Assembly: GCA_043805415.1 (NCBI GenBank)
Contig: JAZDHZ010000035.1
Coordinates: forward strand, 8,557 to 72,556
Reading direction: 5' to 3'
DNA length: 64,000 nt
DNA from: Candidatus Omnitrophota bacterium
GTDB lineage: Bacteria > Omnitrophota > Gorgyraeia > B26-G9
The notes below the pieces were generated by a model, which was not told where the DNA came from, searched no databases, and was given only the letters and a program-made list of their open reading frames with translations. The stretch's first letter is position 1. Each line of letters opens with the position of its first letter. This document shows positions 26,981 to 37,836 of the stretch, in pieces. Both the position numbers and the translations under genes were made by a program.

Positions 26981-27754
26981 TTAGTTATTTTTGTTCAGGA
27001 TATTAACCATATCTTTATGGATCAGACCATTGCTGGCCACAATATTATTCTTGCCATAATTACTGAATTTACTGCCGTCAGCCTTAGTGACCTTGCCTCC
27101 AGCCTCTCTGACAATCAGCTCTCCCGCGGCTGTATCCCAAGCACAGAGATCAAGCTCCCAGAACCCGTCAAATCTTCCGCAGGCCACATAGCATAAATCA
27201 AGCGTTGCCGCGCCCGCCCTGCGCACAGCCATGGAAGCCATGAGAAAATTAGAAAAATTCTGAATATTATTCTGCTTCGTAGTTTTAAAATCATAGGCAA
27301 AGCCAGTGGCTAAAAAAGACTTTCCCATGTCCTTTACCCGCGAAACTTTGATCCTTTTTTTATTTAAAAAAGCGCCTTTTGCTTTACAGGCAGTAAACAG
27401 CTCCTCACGCATTGGATCATAAACAACTCCGAGAACTGTCTGCCCTTTTTTTTCCAAAGCAATGGACACGCTAAAAAAAGGAAAACCATGGGCAAAATTA
27501 GTTGTACCGTCAATCGGATCAATGATCCACTTAGCCTCGCCTTTTTTTTCTTCCGGTCTTTCTTCGGCCAATATTCCGTATCCCGGAAAAGCTTTGCTCA
27601 GTTTTTTCACAATCAAATCTTCAGCTTTTTCATCAACATCAGTAACAATATTGATTGCCCCTTTATAGCGCACTTTCTTGCGCTTGCCCAAGCAGGACTT
27701 TATCAGTTTTCCGGCTAAAAGCGCGGCATCGGTCGCGACCGCGAGTTCTTTCAT
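26981..27754 (-). CDS. Inositol monophosphatase family protein
   Basis: 257 aa; IMPase motifs EE...WIIDPIDGTTNF and WDTAAG. Confidence 0.85.
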   Translation of the reverse strand: MKELAVATDAALLAGKLIKSCLGKRKKVRYKGAINIVTDVDEKAEDLIVKKLSKAFPGYGILAEERPEEKKGEAKWIIDPIDGTTNFAHGFPFFSVSIALEKKGQTVLGVVYDPMREELFTACKAKGAFLNKKRIKVSRVKDMGKSFLATGFAYDFKTTKQNNIQNFSNFLMASMAVRRAGAATLDLCYVACGRFDGFWELDLCAWDTAAGELIVREAGGKVTKADGSKFSNYGKNNIVASNGLIHKDMVNILNKNN

Positions 27755-27763
27755 GAAAATTAT

Positions 27764-29002
27764 TTACTCCTCTGGGTTTAATCTGCTTATTTCTTTTGTA
27801 AGAATTTCCCGCATATCCGGATGATAGCCCATATACACCGCGCTGATTAAGCCCTGCTTATCCACCACAAATGTCTTGGGAATAGAATCTATAGCCAGCT
27901 GCTGCGCCAATTGCGCCTGAGCGTCAATCAGCACAGGAAAAGAATAGCTGTTTTCCTCAACCAGTTCAAGCGCTTTGTCTTTATTGGTTGTAACTGTCAG
28001 AATCTGAACATTCTGATCAGTATAAATATCTTGATATAAGCTTTCAATCAGCGGTAATTCTTTTAGACAAGGAGCGCACTCGGCTTCCCAAAAATTTACA
28101 ATTAAAACTTTTCCTTTTAAATTAAGATAACTAAATTTATCATTAAAAATATCATTAATTATAAACTCCGGAAATGCCTGCCCGACTTGTTTATTTTCCG
28201 CGCCTTCATATTCCCTAACCCCTGCTTCCTGAGCAGTGATATCAGATATATCCATTACTTGCGCGTCCGCTGGCGGACTGTATACAAAAACCTGATCCTT
28301 GATCCTAGAATTTACCTCTGGATCACTATATTCGCTCAAAGTCCTGAATTCCTGATTTTTGCTCTGGGTTTCAATTTTTGCCGCAAATTCCTTATTCAGA
28401 TCCCAATAAAAAACCACTTTTTCCAAAACCATCAGCTCTGCTTTCTGCTGGCCTTTTGCTTTTAACATCTGGATCATCCGGTCACGCGCGTCCGGCTTTA
28501 TCTCCATATTTAAAATATAGCCGCTGGCGCTTTCATCATTAAGCACTTTTACATCAATCACATTGTATTGTTGGATAAAATTATCAAACTGCTGCTTGGG
28601 ACTGAATTGTTCAAGCAGGTTCTGGATCGAAATTGAATTAGTCTCAAGCTGCGACTTGAATACGCTTATTTTTTTAGTATCCAGATTAGTCTGTTCTTGC
28701 CACAAAACATTGTTGTCATAAATAAGTAAATTTTTCGCGCGGTACTTTCCATTAGCAGATATAATCTCGAAATCCATTTTAAGTTTATCCGGAGCTTTAA
28801 AATACAGCACACCCTGCGCGTTTACCTGCGAATCCTGGCTATGGCTTTCCTGCGTTAAAAAAACCTTTACATCCTTTAACTGCTCATAGCTTTTCTGAAT
28901 TTGCGCCACAATTGCTTGCGGATCAATCTCTTCCGCGGCAGAACAAAATCCGCAAGACACGCTGCAAATAATAATTGAAAATAATACAGTGATTTTACGC
29001 AT
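27764..29002 (-). CDS. Lipoprotein with C-terminal TlpA/ResA-like thioredoxin domain (thiol:disulfide oxidoreductase)
   Basis: 412 aa; lipoprotein-type signal (LFSIIICSVSCG); C-terminal thioredoxin fold with active site FWEAECAPC. Confidence 0.6.
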   Translation of the reverse strand: MRKITVLFSIIICSVSCGFCSAAEEIDPQAIVAQIQKSYEQLKDVKVFLTQESHSQDSQVNAQGVLYFKAPDKLKMDFEIISANGKYRAKNLLIYDNNVLWQEQTNLDTKKISVFKSQLETNSISIQNLLEQFSPKQQFDNFIQQYNVIDVKVLNDESASGYILNMEIKPDARDRMIQMLKAKGQQKAELMVLEKVVFYWDLNKEFAAKIETQSKNQEFRTLSEYSDPEVNSRIKDQVFVYSPPADAQVMDISDITAQEAGVREYEGAENKQVGQAFPEFIINDIFNDKFSYLNLKGKVLIVNFWEAECAPCLKELPLIESLYQDIYTDQNVQILTVTTNKDKALELVEENSYSFPVLIDAQAQLAQQLAIDSIPKTFVVDKQGLISAVYMGYHPDMREILTKEISRLNPEE

Positions 29003-29033
29003 TTACCGCCTTTTTAATTAAATCCGAATCAGC

Positions 29034-29813
29034 TTATACTTCTATCTGCAGTCCATCCCCAGCCGCAAGGCTGTTTAAAAACAGTTTTCTTGCCTGGCCT
29101 TGCGCTGTTTTGCGGGACTTTAAGGTTTGATAATTATCCGCGTCAAAATGGGTCAGGACTAACTGCTTTACCCTGGCTTGCTTGGCAAGCATTGCGGCAT
29201 GTGTTGGATCAAGATGCGGCCAGCCCTGATCATCCTGGCCCTGGCGCAGGGCGCACTCGGTTATCAATAAATCAGCTTTATCCGCTAAATAAAAAGCGTT
29301 TTTACATAAACCCGTATCCGTACAGTAGCTGATTACTTTATGCTTAAAACTAAAGCGATAGCCCAGACAAACACTGGAATGGACTAATTGCCGCGCTTGG
29401 ATTTTTATCGTGCCGAGATTAAAACTAGTCTTAGTCTGAACAATCTTTAATTTAAACCCTAGCCTTTTTATTGGCATAGTAAACGGCTGTTCAAGGTAAT
29501 CAAACAGTGCTTGCTTTAATTGTTTCGGCACAAATAATGTCACGCCTTTAGTAAACTTAAATTTTGCCAAAGCGTGCAGTCCGGCGATATGATCTAAATG
29601 TAAATGACTTAAAAATATATATGTCGGCAAAGCATCATCCATATACTTATCAGCTTTTACCAAACCCATGCCCGCATCCAGAATAATATTGCCGGATTTT
29701 GATTTTATCAATGTGCAAACTGTATCCCCGGTTTTTGTATCAAACCAGCCATTAGTTCCTAAAAATATTATCCGCAAGTTTTTTCCTTTGCTCCTAAATT
29801 TAAAGCATGTCAT
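29034..29813 (-). CDS. MBL-fold metallo-hydrolase (RNase Z/RNase BN-like)
   Basis: 259 aa; HxHxDH motif LSHLHLDHIAGL. Confidence 0.75.
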   Translation of the reverse strand: MTCFKFRSKGKNLRIIFLGTNGWFDTKTGDTVCTLIKSKSGNIILDAGMGLVKADKYMDDALPTYIFLSHLHLDHIAGLHALAKFKFTKGVTLFVPKQLKQALFDYLEQPFTMPIKRLGFKLKIVQTKTSFNLGTIKIQARQLVHSSVCLGYRFSFKHKVISYCTDTGLCKNAFYLADKADLLITECALRQGQDDQGWPHLDPTHAAMLAKQARVKQLVLTHFDADNYQTLKSRKTAQGQARKLFLNSLAAGDGLQIEV

Positions 29814-30171
29814 CTAATTCATCGCCGCGGATTAAAGCCAGTATCGCTGCTTGCGGCACAATAAGATATTTTGTCTTTTCATACTCTATTTCCACTGCCG
29901 AACCGCGTAAAAATATTGCCCGGTCATTAACCTTTGCCTGCAAAGGAAAATACTGAGTTTTATCCCCAGGCTGCTTTCGCCAAGGCTCATCAGCTATATC
30001 CTGAGGTTCAGGCACGGGAATCCCTGGCCCGACTTTAATTATCAGCCCGCTATTCACCTTTTCTTTCTCATAAGTTCCCTGAGGAAGATATAAACCGGAG
30101 CTGGTCATTTCTTTAGAATTATCCGGTTTAATTAAAACCCGGTCACCAATCACAATAAGTTCTCTTGCCAT
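29800..30171 (-). CDS. GroES/Cpn10-family protein with internal insertion
   Basis: 123 aa; Cpn10-like landmarks (GDRVLIKP, SGLYLP, GLIIKVGPG, DRAIFL, KYLIV..AILALI); 14-nt overlap with downstream MBL hydrolase. Confidence 0.45.
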   Translation of the reverse strand: MARELIVIGDRVLIKPDNSKEMTSSGLYLPQGTYEKEKVNSGLIIKVGPGIPVPEPQDIADEPWRKQPGDKTQYFPLQAKVNDRAIFLRGSAVEIEYEKTKYLIVPQAAILALIRGDELDDML

Positions 30172-30251
30172 AATTATCTCTTCTGTTTTCTGTATTGCGT
30201 CGTGTGTATCGCGTAAAAAACTAAAACAGTTCTTAAAGTTTTTTTTCTTTT

Positions 30252-30291
30252 GCTATGAGCCATCAGCTATAAGCTAAGCGCGAAGCGCTTT
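30252..30291. repeat. REP-like intergenic repeat family member C
   Basis: GCTATGAGCCATCAGCTATAAGCTAAGCGCGAAGCGCTTT; abuts the mscS-like stop codon. Confidence 0.8.
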
Positions 30292-31342
30292 AGTCTTTAT
30301 TCACAAACAAAGTCTGCGTGGGATAGGCAAACTCAATCTTTTCTTTTTTAAATTCTTTCATTATCTCAAGATTAATTTGTTGCTGGATATCCATATATTT
30401 ATTATAATCCGGAGTTAAGGCATAATATACAACTTCAATAACTAGACTAAAATCTCCATATGAGCAAAAATGCGCCCGATCAAACCGAGCATCTTTTATA
30501 TTCTCTATAATTTTTTTAATCATCACTGGCGCTTTTTGCATCTGTTCAAGAGAAGTCTGATACGTTACTCCCAGCTTAAAAACAACACGTCTTTCCTGCA
30601 TTCTTTTATAATTACGGACTCTGGAATTGGTCAAATCAGTATTGGAAAATATCAACTGCTCGCCGCCTAAACTGCGCAATCTTGTTGTTTTCATGCCAAT
30701 ATGCTCAACTGATCCTAAGTAATCATTGATAATAATGAAATCGCCGATCTCAAATGGCCGATCAACGATAATCGCAAAAAAACTAAAAACATCACCAAGC
30801 ACCGCCTGAGCCGCAAGCCCAACCGCGATCCCGCCAATCCCTAATCCGGCAATTATGGTTGAAACTTTAAACCCCAGATTATCAAGTAAAAATACAATGC
30901 CGACCCCCCAGACAATAACTTTTATAACCGTAGCTACGCCTTTTAAGCTTTTCTCTCTGGCATCATTAGCCTGCCCCTTAATATGAAAGGACAATAAAAA
31001 AAAGTTTATTACTGCCACCAAAAAGCGAATTGCCATTATCGTAAGAATCGCTGTGACAAAAACATTCATTGCTTTTATAACCCCGAGAGGCAAAGTTAGA
31101 TTTTGCATGCACAAATAAAACACGCCCACATATAAAAGCGGCATAACAGTACGCTGCATGATCCGGATAAAAAAATCATCGATTTTTGTCGCTGTTTTCC
31201 TTGCCAGCATCTTAAGTCTTTTAACAATAATATGCTTTACGATTATCAGCACTAAAATGCTGCCGATAAAGATTCCCAGGCAAATCATATATTCGCGCAG
31301 GGTATTGCCAAAAACCAGCTTATTTAAGATCTCGGTAAACAT
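30290..31342 (-). CDS. Mechanosensitive ion channel (MscS family)
   Basis: 350 aa; N-terminal TM helices and MscS-type C-terminal beta/alpha-beta domains (GDFIIINDYLGSVEHIGMKTTRLRS). Confidence 0.8.
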   Translation of the reverse strand: MFTEILNKLVFGNTLREYMICLGIFIGSILVLIIVKHIIVKRLKMLARKTATKIDDFFIRIMQRTVMPLLYVGVFYLCMQNLTLPLGVIKAMNVFVTAILTIMAIRFLVAVINFFLLSFHIKGQANDAREKSLKGVATVIKVIVWGVGIVFLLDNLGFKVSTIIAGLGIGGIAVGLAAQAVLGDVFSFFAIIVDRPFEIGDFIIINDYLGSVEHIGMKTTRLRSLGGEQLIFSNTDLTNSRVRNYKRMQERRVVFKLGVTYQTSLEQMQKAPVMIKKIIENIKDARFDRAHFCSYGDFSLVIEVVYYALTPDYNKYMDIQQQINLEIMKEFKKEKIEFAYPTQTLFVNKD

Positions 31343-31458
31343 CCTGCCTCCAGTTTTAATTATTCAATAGATTACAGATTATTCTATTTATAAGAACAAA
31401 ATAATTTTATCAAAACCCGCTAACAAAGACAAGGCTTTGTTAGAATGACCCGCTTTTC

Positions 31459-32736
31459 TTATTCTGCTTTTTCGCATTCCTTAAGCATCGCTTCTGCCAT
31501 AGCCTGGGCTACGATCTGACTGCCCTCTTGTCCGAAATGACAAAAAGTATCGATATATAACGGCTGAGCGCAATCTTTAAAAACCATACTCAGATCATAT
31601 AAAGCAACCCCTTGTTCTTTTAAGCTTTGGCCTTGTTCTTTTAAATAAGGATAGCCCTTGACCACTATCGGACGGTGCAAAGCATTGGGATCAAAAGCAA
31701 TGTCTAACTCCGTTTGATTCATGTTTTTTGAATCAGGCAAATATTGGCAGGGCTGAATAAAATGCAGATATTTTATCTTATTTGCCGAACAAAGATCCCG
31801 CATCTGCTTTGAAGACCTTGCCCAAAATTCAGTTAATGCTAGGTATAAAGCTTGCTCATTGTCATAATTAAAATCCGGGCCATGACCAAGAACACTACGC
31901 GTGTCTTTAGTCTGTTCTTTTTGCAAATTAAAAAGCTGCATTCTTTTTTCGGTTATTTTTGAGTTTAAATCCCTTTCTAAGCAATAGTTTATAAGCCGCG
32001 CTGTTGAGGAAAAACGCAAAATTCCACAACTTACAATATTAGCCTGCCTAAGGCTTTTTTGCTTGAGATTTAAGATATCAGCAAGAATTACAATTTGCGT
32101 TTCCATTATTGCCGTATCTACAACTTTCAGATCCCACCTGCGGGGGAAAAATGGATTAACATTGTTGGGGATATTCCGCAGCACTGGTAAAACAAGTTCA
32201 TTAAACCCATCCAAATTAAGCACAAAATCAAATTCCCCGCCCAATGCCAATAAATAGTTTAACACCATTAATTGCTGCGGCTGCTTATAGCTGCCAATTG
32301 CCAGATTAATCACAATAATTTCTTTATCTTTAAAAGCATTAGCCTGGCTCAAAGCGTCTTTTAGGGTATTAGCGCCAAATTGCGCTAAGATCTCCGCTGC
32401 TGATCCGCCAAAAATACCAATGATGATTTTATTATCTGATTTTTTCTGGATAGGAATTTTCGTATCTAAAAAACCAAATTTTGTAATCTCTAGTTCTTGG
32501 GGATTGTAGATAAAACCAAGATATGGATGAATGATAAACCGTCCGACATTTTTTGTCATCCACGGCGGCAGGATAATTTTCAAATCAGCTTTTGGATCAT
32601 TGCATACCGCGCCCGCGTTTATCCTGGATTTGTTACCCCAAAGAAAATGTAATGCCGCAAAAGCAAAAATTTCAATAAGACCGCAGGCAAGTAAAAAAAT
32701 TATCAGGCAAAAAATTACTTTTTTTTGGATTTTCAT
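31459..32736 (-). CDS. Hypothetical N-terminally anchored protein, possibly SGNH-hydrolase/AlgX-AlgJ-like
   Basis: 425 aa; N-terminal TM; loose SGNH-like blocks (IIIGIFGGSAAE; DTFCHFGQEG). Confidence 0.3.
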   Translation of the reverse strand: MKIQKKVIFCLIIFLLACGLIEIFAFAALHFLWGNKSRINAGAVCNDPKADLKIILPPWMTKNVGRFIIHPYLGFIYNPQELEITKFGFLDTKIPIQKKSDNKIIIGIFGGSAAEILAQFGANTLKDALSQANAFKDKEIIVINLAIGSYKQPQQLMVLNYLLALGGEFDFVLNLDGFNELVLPVLRNIPNNVNPFFPRRWDLKVVDTAIMETQIVILADILNLKQKSLRQANIVSCGILRFSSTARLINYCLERDLNSKITEKRMQLFNLQKEQTKDTRSVLGHGPDFNYDNEQALYLALTEFWARSSKQMRDLCSANKIKYLHFIQPCQYLPDSKNMNQTELDIAFDPNALHRPIVVKGYPYLKEQGQSLKEQGVALYDLSMVFKDCAQPLYIDTFCHFGQEGSQIVAQAMAEAMLKECEKAE

Positions 32737-32756
32737 CTATTTAATATTTTCCCGGA

Positions 32757-34268
32757 TTATTTTATTTTTCTCGTTCCCGGCAAACTCAATTCCACAACTT
32801 TTGGATTTTGACCAAATATATTTTTATATATTTCATTGTATTTATCTTTGCCGCCAATACATGCAAACACAAACGGCATTGCCTTTTTCGCCTGTACAGC
32901 CATGGCCCGCGAAACATTCTGGATATCCCATTGAGCATGCGCGTCTTCCCGCAGACGGGAAATATGATACATCTCGCGCGCGTTAACCCGAATCATTACC
33001 CGTTTTCTATGCGCGTTAGTCAAAACATAGGGAGCAGCCAAAGGAATTTCCCGGCTGATAGCGTCATAGACCTGATTGGTTCTATCCACAATCTCCTGGA
33101 AAAAGCCATCCATATTGATTTCCTTTATTGCCTGGGGTATGGTAATTCCCAGACTTGGGTCATAACTTTGCGCCGTAATTGTTGACATCCGATGCCGCTT
33201 TAACTGCCCAAAACAAGCCGACGACAAAACAATATCAAAAGTAAGATTCACATACTCAAATTCTCTAAGCATGGAATCATAAAACTGCATATTCTGCCAG
33301 GCAGTTTTAAATATTTTTTTAACATCTAATTCCGGCAAGTTATCAACTATCTTGCGGCATTGCTTATAAGAATAATTGGACGCGGAATGCAATAAAGCTG
33401 TTGCGACTATCGCGTCGCCGTATTTTGTAAAATCAACCAATTTAACCAGATCAATGTCATAAAAAGTTTCTTTAGCTGCCTTTGACATGATTATATTAGC
33501 CAGCGCTTTAAGTTCCGGATATGTTTTTTGGTCACGGTCATTTGCCTGATGAAAAATTACAATCGAAGGAGCGACTTCGGCAACCTGTTCATAGAGCATC
33601 CTGCCTAAACTTCTAATCTCAGCTAAAGGGTGAGAGGAAAACCTTCTCAGCAAAAGCTCCAGATTGCGGGCATTAATAGTTTGTCCTACCTGAGACTCAG
33701 TAGCTAAGCTTGTGATATAACGCGCGTCTTCTTTTGCCCAACCTTCAAGCAGATTATGATTTTTCGGGTCCAATGCCAGTGCCGCGTTTTGCTGAAAAAC
33801 ATATTTTTTAAGCTTTTCAAACAATTCAAAATATGCCTTATTCTGCACCGCGATCATATCTCGAAACATTTTTTCAAATTTAGTTCCCTGAATCTCGGCT
33901 GGCACAACAACATCATCCTCTAATGTAATATAGCGTTGTGATTTCTCGGTATAAGAACATAATCTGAATTTTTCCAACTCTTCCATCGCAAAACGGGAAA
34001 CTCCTAAAATATCAAAATTGAACACCGCATGCTCAGCCACAGAATGATGCCCCATTTTAAATATAATCGTTGAATTTGATTTGCGCGATTTTTCTACTTC
34101 CTGCCGAGATGTTTGCCTGATTTCATTAATCGGACGGGGGTCTCTACTAATCCGCGCGTAAGCTGCTGAGAGCACCTCAGGGGTAAGATCTTCACGCTTG
34201 CCTGCCTTTGCCTCCATATCACGCAAAACCGTAGAATCCACATTAAAACCAGCTAAATAAACTTTCAT
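32757..34268 (-). CDS. ThyX-like protein with two tandem thymidylate-synthase-complementing domains
   Basis: 503 aa; N-terminal half parallels ThyX (MGHHSVAEHAVFNFDILGVSR...FRLCSYTEKSQRY); second half carries LKRHRMSTITAQSY. Compare canonical thyX at 18707..19441. Confidence 0.5.
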   Translation of the reverse strand: MKVYLAGFNVDSTVLRDMEAKAGKREDLTPEVLSAAYARISRDPRPINEIRQTSRQEVEKSRKSNSTIIFKMGHHSVAEHAVFNFDILGVSRFAMEELEKFRLCSYTEKSQRYITLEDDVVVPAEIQGTKFEKMFRDMIAVQNKAYFELFEKLKKYVFQQNAALALDPKNHNLLEGWAKEDARYITSLATESQVGQTINARNLELLLRRFSSHPLAEIRSLGRMLYEQVAEVAPSIVIFHQANDRDQKTYPELKALANIIMSKAAKETFYDIDLVKLVDFTKYGDAIVATALLHSASNYSYKQCRKIVDNLPELDVKKIFKTAWQNMQFYDSMLREFEYVNLTFDIVLSSACFGQLKRHRMSTITAQSYDPSLGITIPQAIKEINMDGFFQEIVDRTNQVYDAISREIPLAAPYVLTNAHRKRVMIRVNAREMYHISRLREDAHAQWDIQNVSRAMAVQAKKAMPFVFACIGGKDKYNEIYKNIFGQNPKVVELSLPGTRKIK

Positions 34269-34473
34269 TTTTCACCACCCTCATCTTAATTATTCCGAAA
34301 GTTTTATGATATTCGCAGAAAGCTATTCTGCTTAGTATCTATAAATTTTTAATCAGCGACTATTATTTATTATTAGCAGAAATAAGCAGATAGAAACATC
34401 AGGAAGCCCGCCCAGAATAGGGATTGAGTCTGTAAATTTTAGCAGAATTGGAAAACGTGCCGAAAGAAAAAAT

Positions 34474-36819
34474 TTATTCTACCTTATAACTCTCAACAAG
34501 CTCTCGTAGATGCGCGGAAACTCTAGCAAGTTCTGTTGCGCTTACAGTCATCTCTTCCATTGACCCGGTTACTTCCTCAGCAGAAGAAGAAACTGATTCT
34601 GTTGACTCCACGCTTGTATTAGCAACACTAGCTACATCCTTGACAGCCTTCATCACAGAGTTCACCCCTTCAATCTGCTTGGGAATAAGATCAGCGATCT
34701 TCATCATTAATTGCTTTGCCTTTAATGTTGTCTCCGCGATTACTGCCTGGACTTTTCCAGCCATTACCGCGATATCTTTTCCTTCTTGCGCTTTCTGTTT
34801 TTCAGATACCGCGTATTCAACGGCTTTATCAATATCCGCTATAATTTTTTCAATCAAATGTGATATCTTGCTTGCCGCTCTTGAAGAGCCTTCTGCCAAC
34901 TTTCTCACTTCCTCGGCAACAACAGCAAAACCCCGTCCAGCGTCACCAGCCCTTGCTGCTTCAATAGCAGCATTTAAAGCCAGCAAATTTGTTTGATCGG
35001 CAAAACTGGTAATCGTGCCGACAATCTCTCCAACTTCAGTAGAACTGCTTTTCAATTGTTCAATTGCCTCAGCTGAATCTATTGCCGCCTCAGTTAATTT
35101 ATCCATCTTATCAATAAGCTGCAGAACTGATTTCCTGCCTTCATTCGCGTTATTGGTAGATTCAACAACCTGACTTGCCGCTGACTCGGTATCAACCCCT
35201 ACTGAAGTCAAACTTGCCGATAAGTCCTTGAATACCATCTCGATTTCCTGAATTTTTCCTGCTTGAAGATTAGCTCCCTTGGCGATATTTATAACTGATT
35301 GTCCCATTTCCGCGACAGCGGAATTAATTTGCTGCGAAGTTGATGAAAATTGATCTGAAGAATCAGCAACCTTGTTGGACATTTCTAAAATTTTAGATAT
35401 AAGCGAGCGCATTTGCTCAAGAAATAAGTTAAAATATGTGCCCAACTCCCCGATTTCATCAGTAGTGTTAATATCAATCTTCTTGGTTAAATCACCTTTG
35501 CCCATTGCGATATCTTTAAGCATTTTCAGCATTGAAGTAGCAGGCCTTGTTATCGCCCGAATAATTACCAAAGCGATAATTATAAGAATGATCGCGATAA
35601 CAATCATTGTTATGGATATAGTCGTAACCTGCATCCTACCCATACTTTCAACATTTTTCGCTACTTGGCCTACCGCTGTCTTTTTAACAATATCAAGATT
35701 AGAGGACACATCATCTTTGCTTTGCTCCAGCCTAGCTTTTGCTTTATCAATAACTAAAGAAGCATCTTTGACAGTCGCCGCGGTACGCTGGTCAATTTCA
35801 GACTCAGTTTGCGCGGCATACTCTTTAAGTTTTCTCGGCATCTCTGTTTTCATCAAAGCGATTTTTCTACCCAAATTTCCCTGCGTGACTAATGCCTTGC
35901 GGGTTTCCTCCATTTGAACATTAATCAAACTGCCAATCATTGTTTCAAATAACTGATCCATCACCCGTCCACTGATCTTGGCCTCACGCGCCAAGTCCGC
36001 GTCTGTCGCGCTTTGCATTAATTCCATTTCCAAGTTCATCTTATCCGTCAACAGCAATAGCCCTTGTTCAGCCCTTAAAAAGATTTTCTCATTGTTTTTA
36101 ACAATACTCTGTTTTAACGACTCAATCGCCTCTCCGGTTAAATAATCATTAAACTTATCGCTATTAAATTCCGCGCCTGAAGCAGCATCCTGAGAAGCCA
36201 TTATAATTCCAATTGTTTTTTCATCAATAAGCGCAAGAGCTTCATCGGTTGAATTTTGCATATCACTCTTAAATTCTCCCAAAATCTTCTTAATCCGTAT
36301 CACATTCGCGAAGGTAGAATCTGACAAGAAATATAAGCGCAAACTAGCTACATCTTTAAGTATTGTTTGCGAACGAGTGCTTTCCCCTACTAAATTTCCT
36401 ATAGAATCCGCTGCTTTGGCAAACGAGGTATCATAGCCCTGGCTCATTTCTTCCTGCAAAATTCCCAGGGAACTTCCAACTTCTGTTACTACATCATTCA
36501 TTGTTTGTTCACTAAACGCCTGCAAGTTCCTTTGCCCCTTAAGCGCGATCTCCCTAATAACATCCAAAGCAACAAGCCCGCTGGTTTCTCTGACGCTCTG
36601 TTCGGCTAATTCCTTAAATTTTACGAAAATATCCTCAATTTTAGAAAATCCGCCATCAAATCCGGTATTGACTGTCGAGGTTATTTCTCTTTTAAGCACT
36701 CCTTGGGAAACAAGTCCGGTAATAACAGCGCCCATTCCTGATAGCAAAATTGTAAGTATCACCAGAGCCAATATCTTATGGCTTAATCCAAATTTTATAT
36801 TTTTTTTCTCATCCCCCAT
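34474..36819 (-). CDS. Methyl-accepting chemotaxis protein
   Basis: 781 aa; N-terminal TM, large periplasmic region, second TM + HAMP, MA signalling domain ([34 protein letters not shown]). Confidence 0.85.
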   Translation of the reverse strand: MGDEKKNIKFGLSHKILALVILTILLSGMGAVITGLVSQGVLKREITSTVNTGFDGGFSKIEDIFVKFKELAEQSVRETSGLVALDVIREIALKGQRNLQAFSEQTMNDVVTEVGSSLGILQEEMSQGYDTSFAKAADSIGNLVGESTRSQTILKDVASLRLYFLSDSTFANVIRIKKILGEFKSDMQNSTDEALALIDEKTIGIIMASQDAASGAEFNSDKFNDYLTGEAIESLKQSIVKNNEKIFLRAEQGLLLLTDKMNLEMELMQSATDADLAREAKISGRVMDQLFETMIGSLINVQMEETRKALVTQGNLGRKIALMKTEMPRKLKEYAAQTESEIDQRTAATVKDASLVIDKAKARLEQSKDDVSSNLDIVKKTAVGQVAKNVESMGRMQVTTISITMIVIAIILIIIALVIIRAITRPATSMLKMLKDIAMGKGDLTKKIDINTTDEIGELGTYFNLFLEQMRSLISKILEMSNKVADSSDQFSSTSQQINSAVAEMGQSVINIAKGANLQAGKIQEIEMVFKDLSASLTSVGVDTESAASQVVESTNNANEGRKSVLQLIDKMDKLTEAAIDSAEAIEQLKSSSTEVGEIVGTITSFADQTNLLALNAAIEAARAGDAGRGFAVVAEEVRKLAEGSSRAASKISHLIEKIIADIDKAVEYAVSEKQKAQEGKDIAVMAGKVQAVIAETTLKAKQLMMKIADLIPKQIEGVNSVMKAVKDVASVANTSVESTESVSSSAEEVTGSMEEMTVSATELARVSAHLRELVESYKVE

Positions 36820-36833
36820 AAAAGCACCTTTCC

Positions 36834-37793
36834 TTAACGAGAAAATTGATTATCAATAATATCAGCCAAATTAACCGCTGAATCTAAAATACCTAAATCT
36901 AGTGCTTGCTTTTCAACATTCTCAAGATCTTCCTGCTTGATCCGCATATCATCAAATCTTATTTTACTTGCTGAATTGTTTAATGATTTCTGGACAATTT
37001 CAGGATCAATACCCAAAATTTCGAATTGAGAAAAAGCAATTTGCTTTCCACCGGAATTTTTTAAATCTTTTTCAATAATTTGGCCTGATTTTTTGATCGC
37101 GTCAACCAATTGTTTTAATTCTTTGGAATGTCTTTTAATGATTAGCGGATTGACCATTAAAACTACGTCAATAAAATTATCCCTTATAGCCACACCCGGA
37201 ACCGCTGTTTTCACTATTCCTTCAGCTTGCGCCATCGTCCCATAAGGTTCTGACAGTAGAAAGCCCTGGATCTTTTCCGTTCTAAGAAGATCCAAGGCTC
37301 GCGTCTGGGGAATAGCGATATAGCGTACATCAGGGCCCAATTCCAGCCCCTTACTTTTTAAAAATTCTGCCAATAAAAGCAATTGGCCAGTATCATTGCC
37401 CGACACGCCGATCATTGTGCCCCTAAAGCTATCCGCGGAATCCTGGCTAAAATTAGTAACCAGCATATCTCCGTTTCTATGCAAACCCATTATTATTTTA
37501 AGCGGAATATTACGGTTAGCCATTTTTATTACTTTTGGCGCTGTCATTGCCGCGATATCTATAATCCCTGTTCTGTAAGCAGCTTCCAATCCAGTCCAAG
37601 TTGAAAAAACCTCAATCTGCACTGACATGTTTGCATTAGAAACCTCAGCCTGCGTTGCCCCGATAGCTAAAGGTAATGACTCGATTATCGGCAATAAACC
37701 AACCTTAAGAACTACCTTATCTTGAGCAAAAACACACGCAGGTTTAAATGCCAGTAGCATCAGCAAACCCATTATAATAATTTTTCTGGGCAT
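36834..37793 (-). CDS. Periplasmic solute-binding protein, NMT1/SsuA/TauA-like
   Basis: 319 aa; signal peptide; class II PBP fold; no cognate permease or ATPase adjacent. Confidence 0.55.
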   Translation of the reverse strand: MPRKIIIMGLLMLLAFKPACVFAQDKVVLKVGLLPIIESLPLAIGATQAEVSNANMSVQIEVFSTWTGLEAAYRTGIIDIAAMTAPKVIKMANRNIPLKIIMGLHRNGDMLVTNFSQDSADSFRGTMIGVSGNDTGQLLLLAEFLKSKGLELGPDVRYIAIPQTRALDLLRTEKIQGFLLSEPYGTMAQAEGIVKTAVPGVAIRDNFIDVVLMVNPLIIKRHSKELKQLVDAIKKSGQIIEKDLKNSGGKQIAFSQFEILGIDPEIVQKSLNNSASKIRFDDMRIKQEDLENVEKQALDLGILDSAVNLADIIDNQFSR

Positions 37794-37836
37794 AGATATG
37801 GCTCCTTGCCTTAAAATAAAATGTTATAAATAATTT

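Noticed and set aside
30252-30291. REP-like elements as intrinsic terminators
   Set aside because: The stable GCGAAGC hairpin is not followed by a U-run on either strand, so a classical rho-independent terminator call is not supported.
35372-35917. 181-aa + strand ORF antisense to the MCP gene (and similar antisense ORFs in the histidine kinases, RND pump, GGDEF protein and rSAM genes)
   Set aside because: Antisense to confidently called long CDSs; compositions are typical of reverse-frame artefacts.
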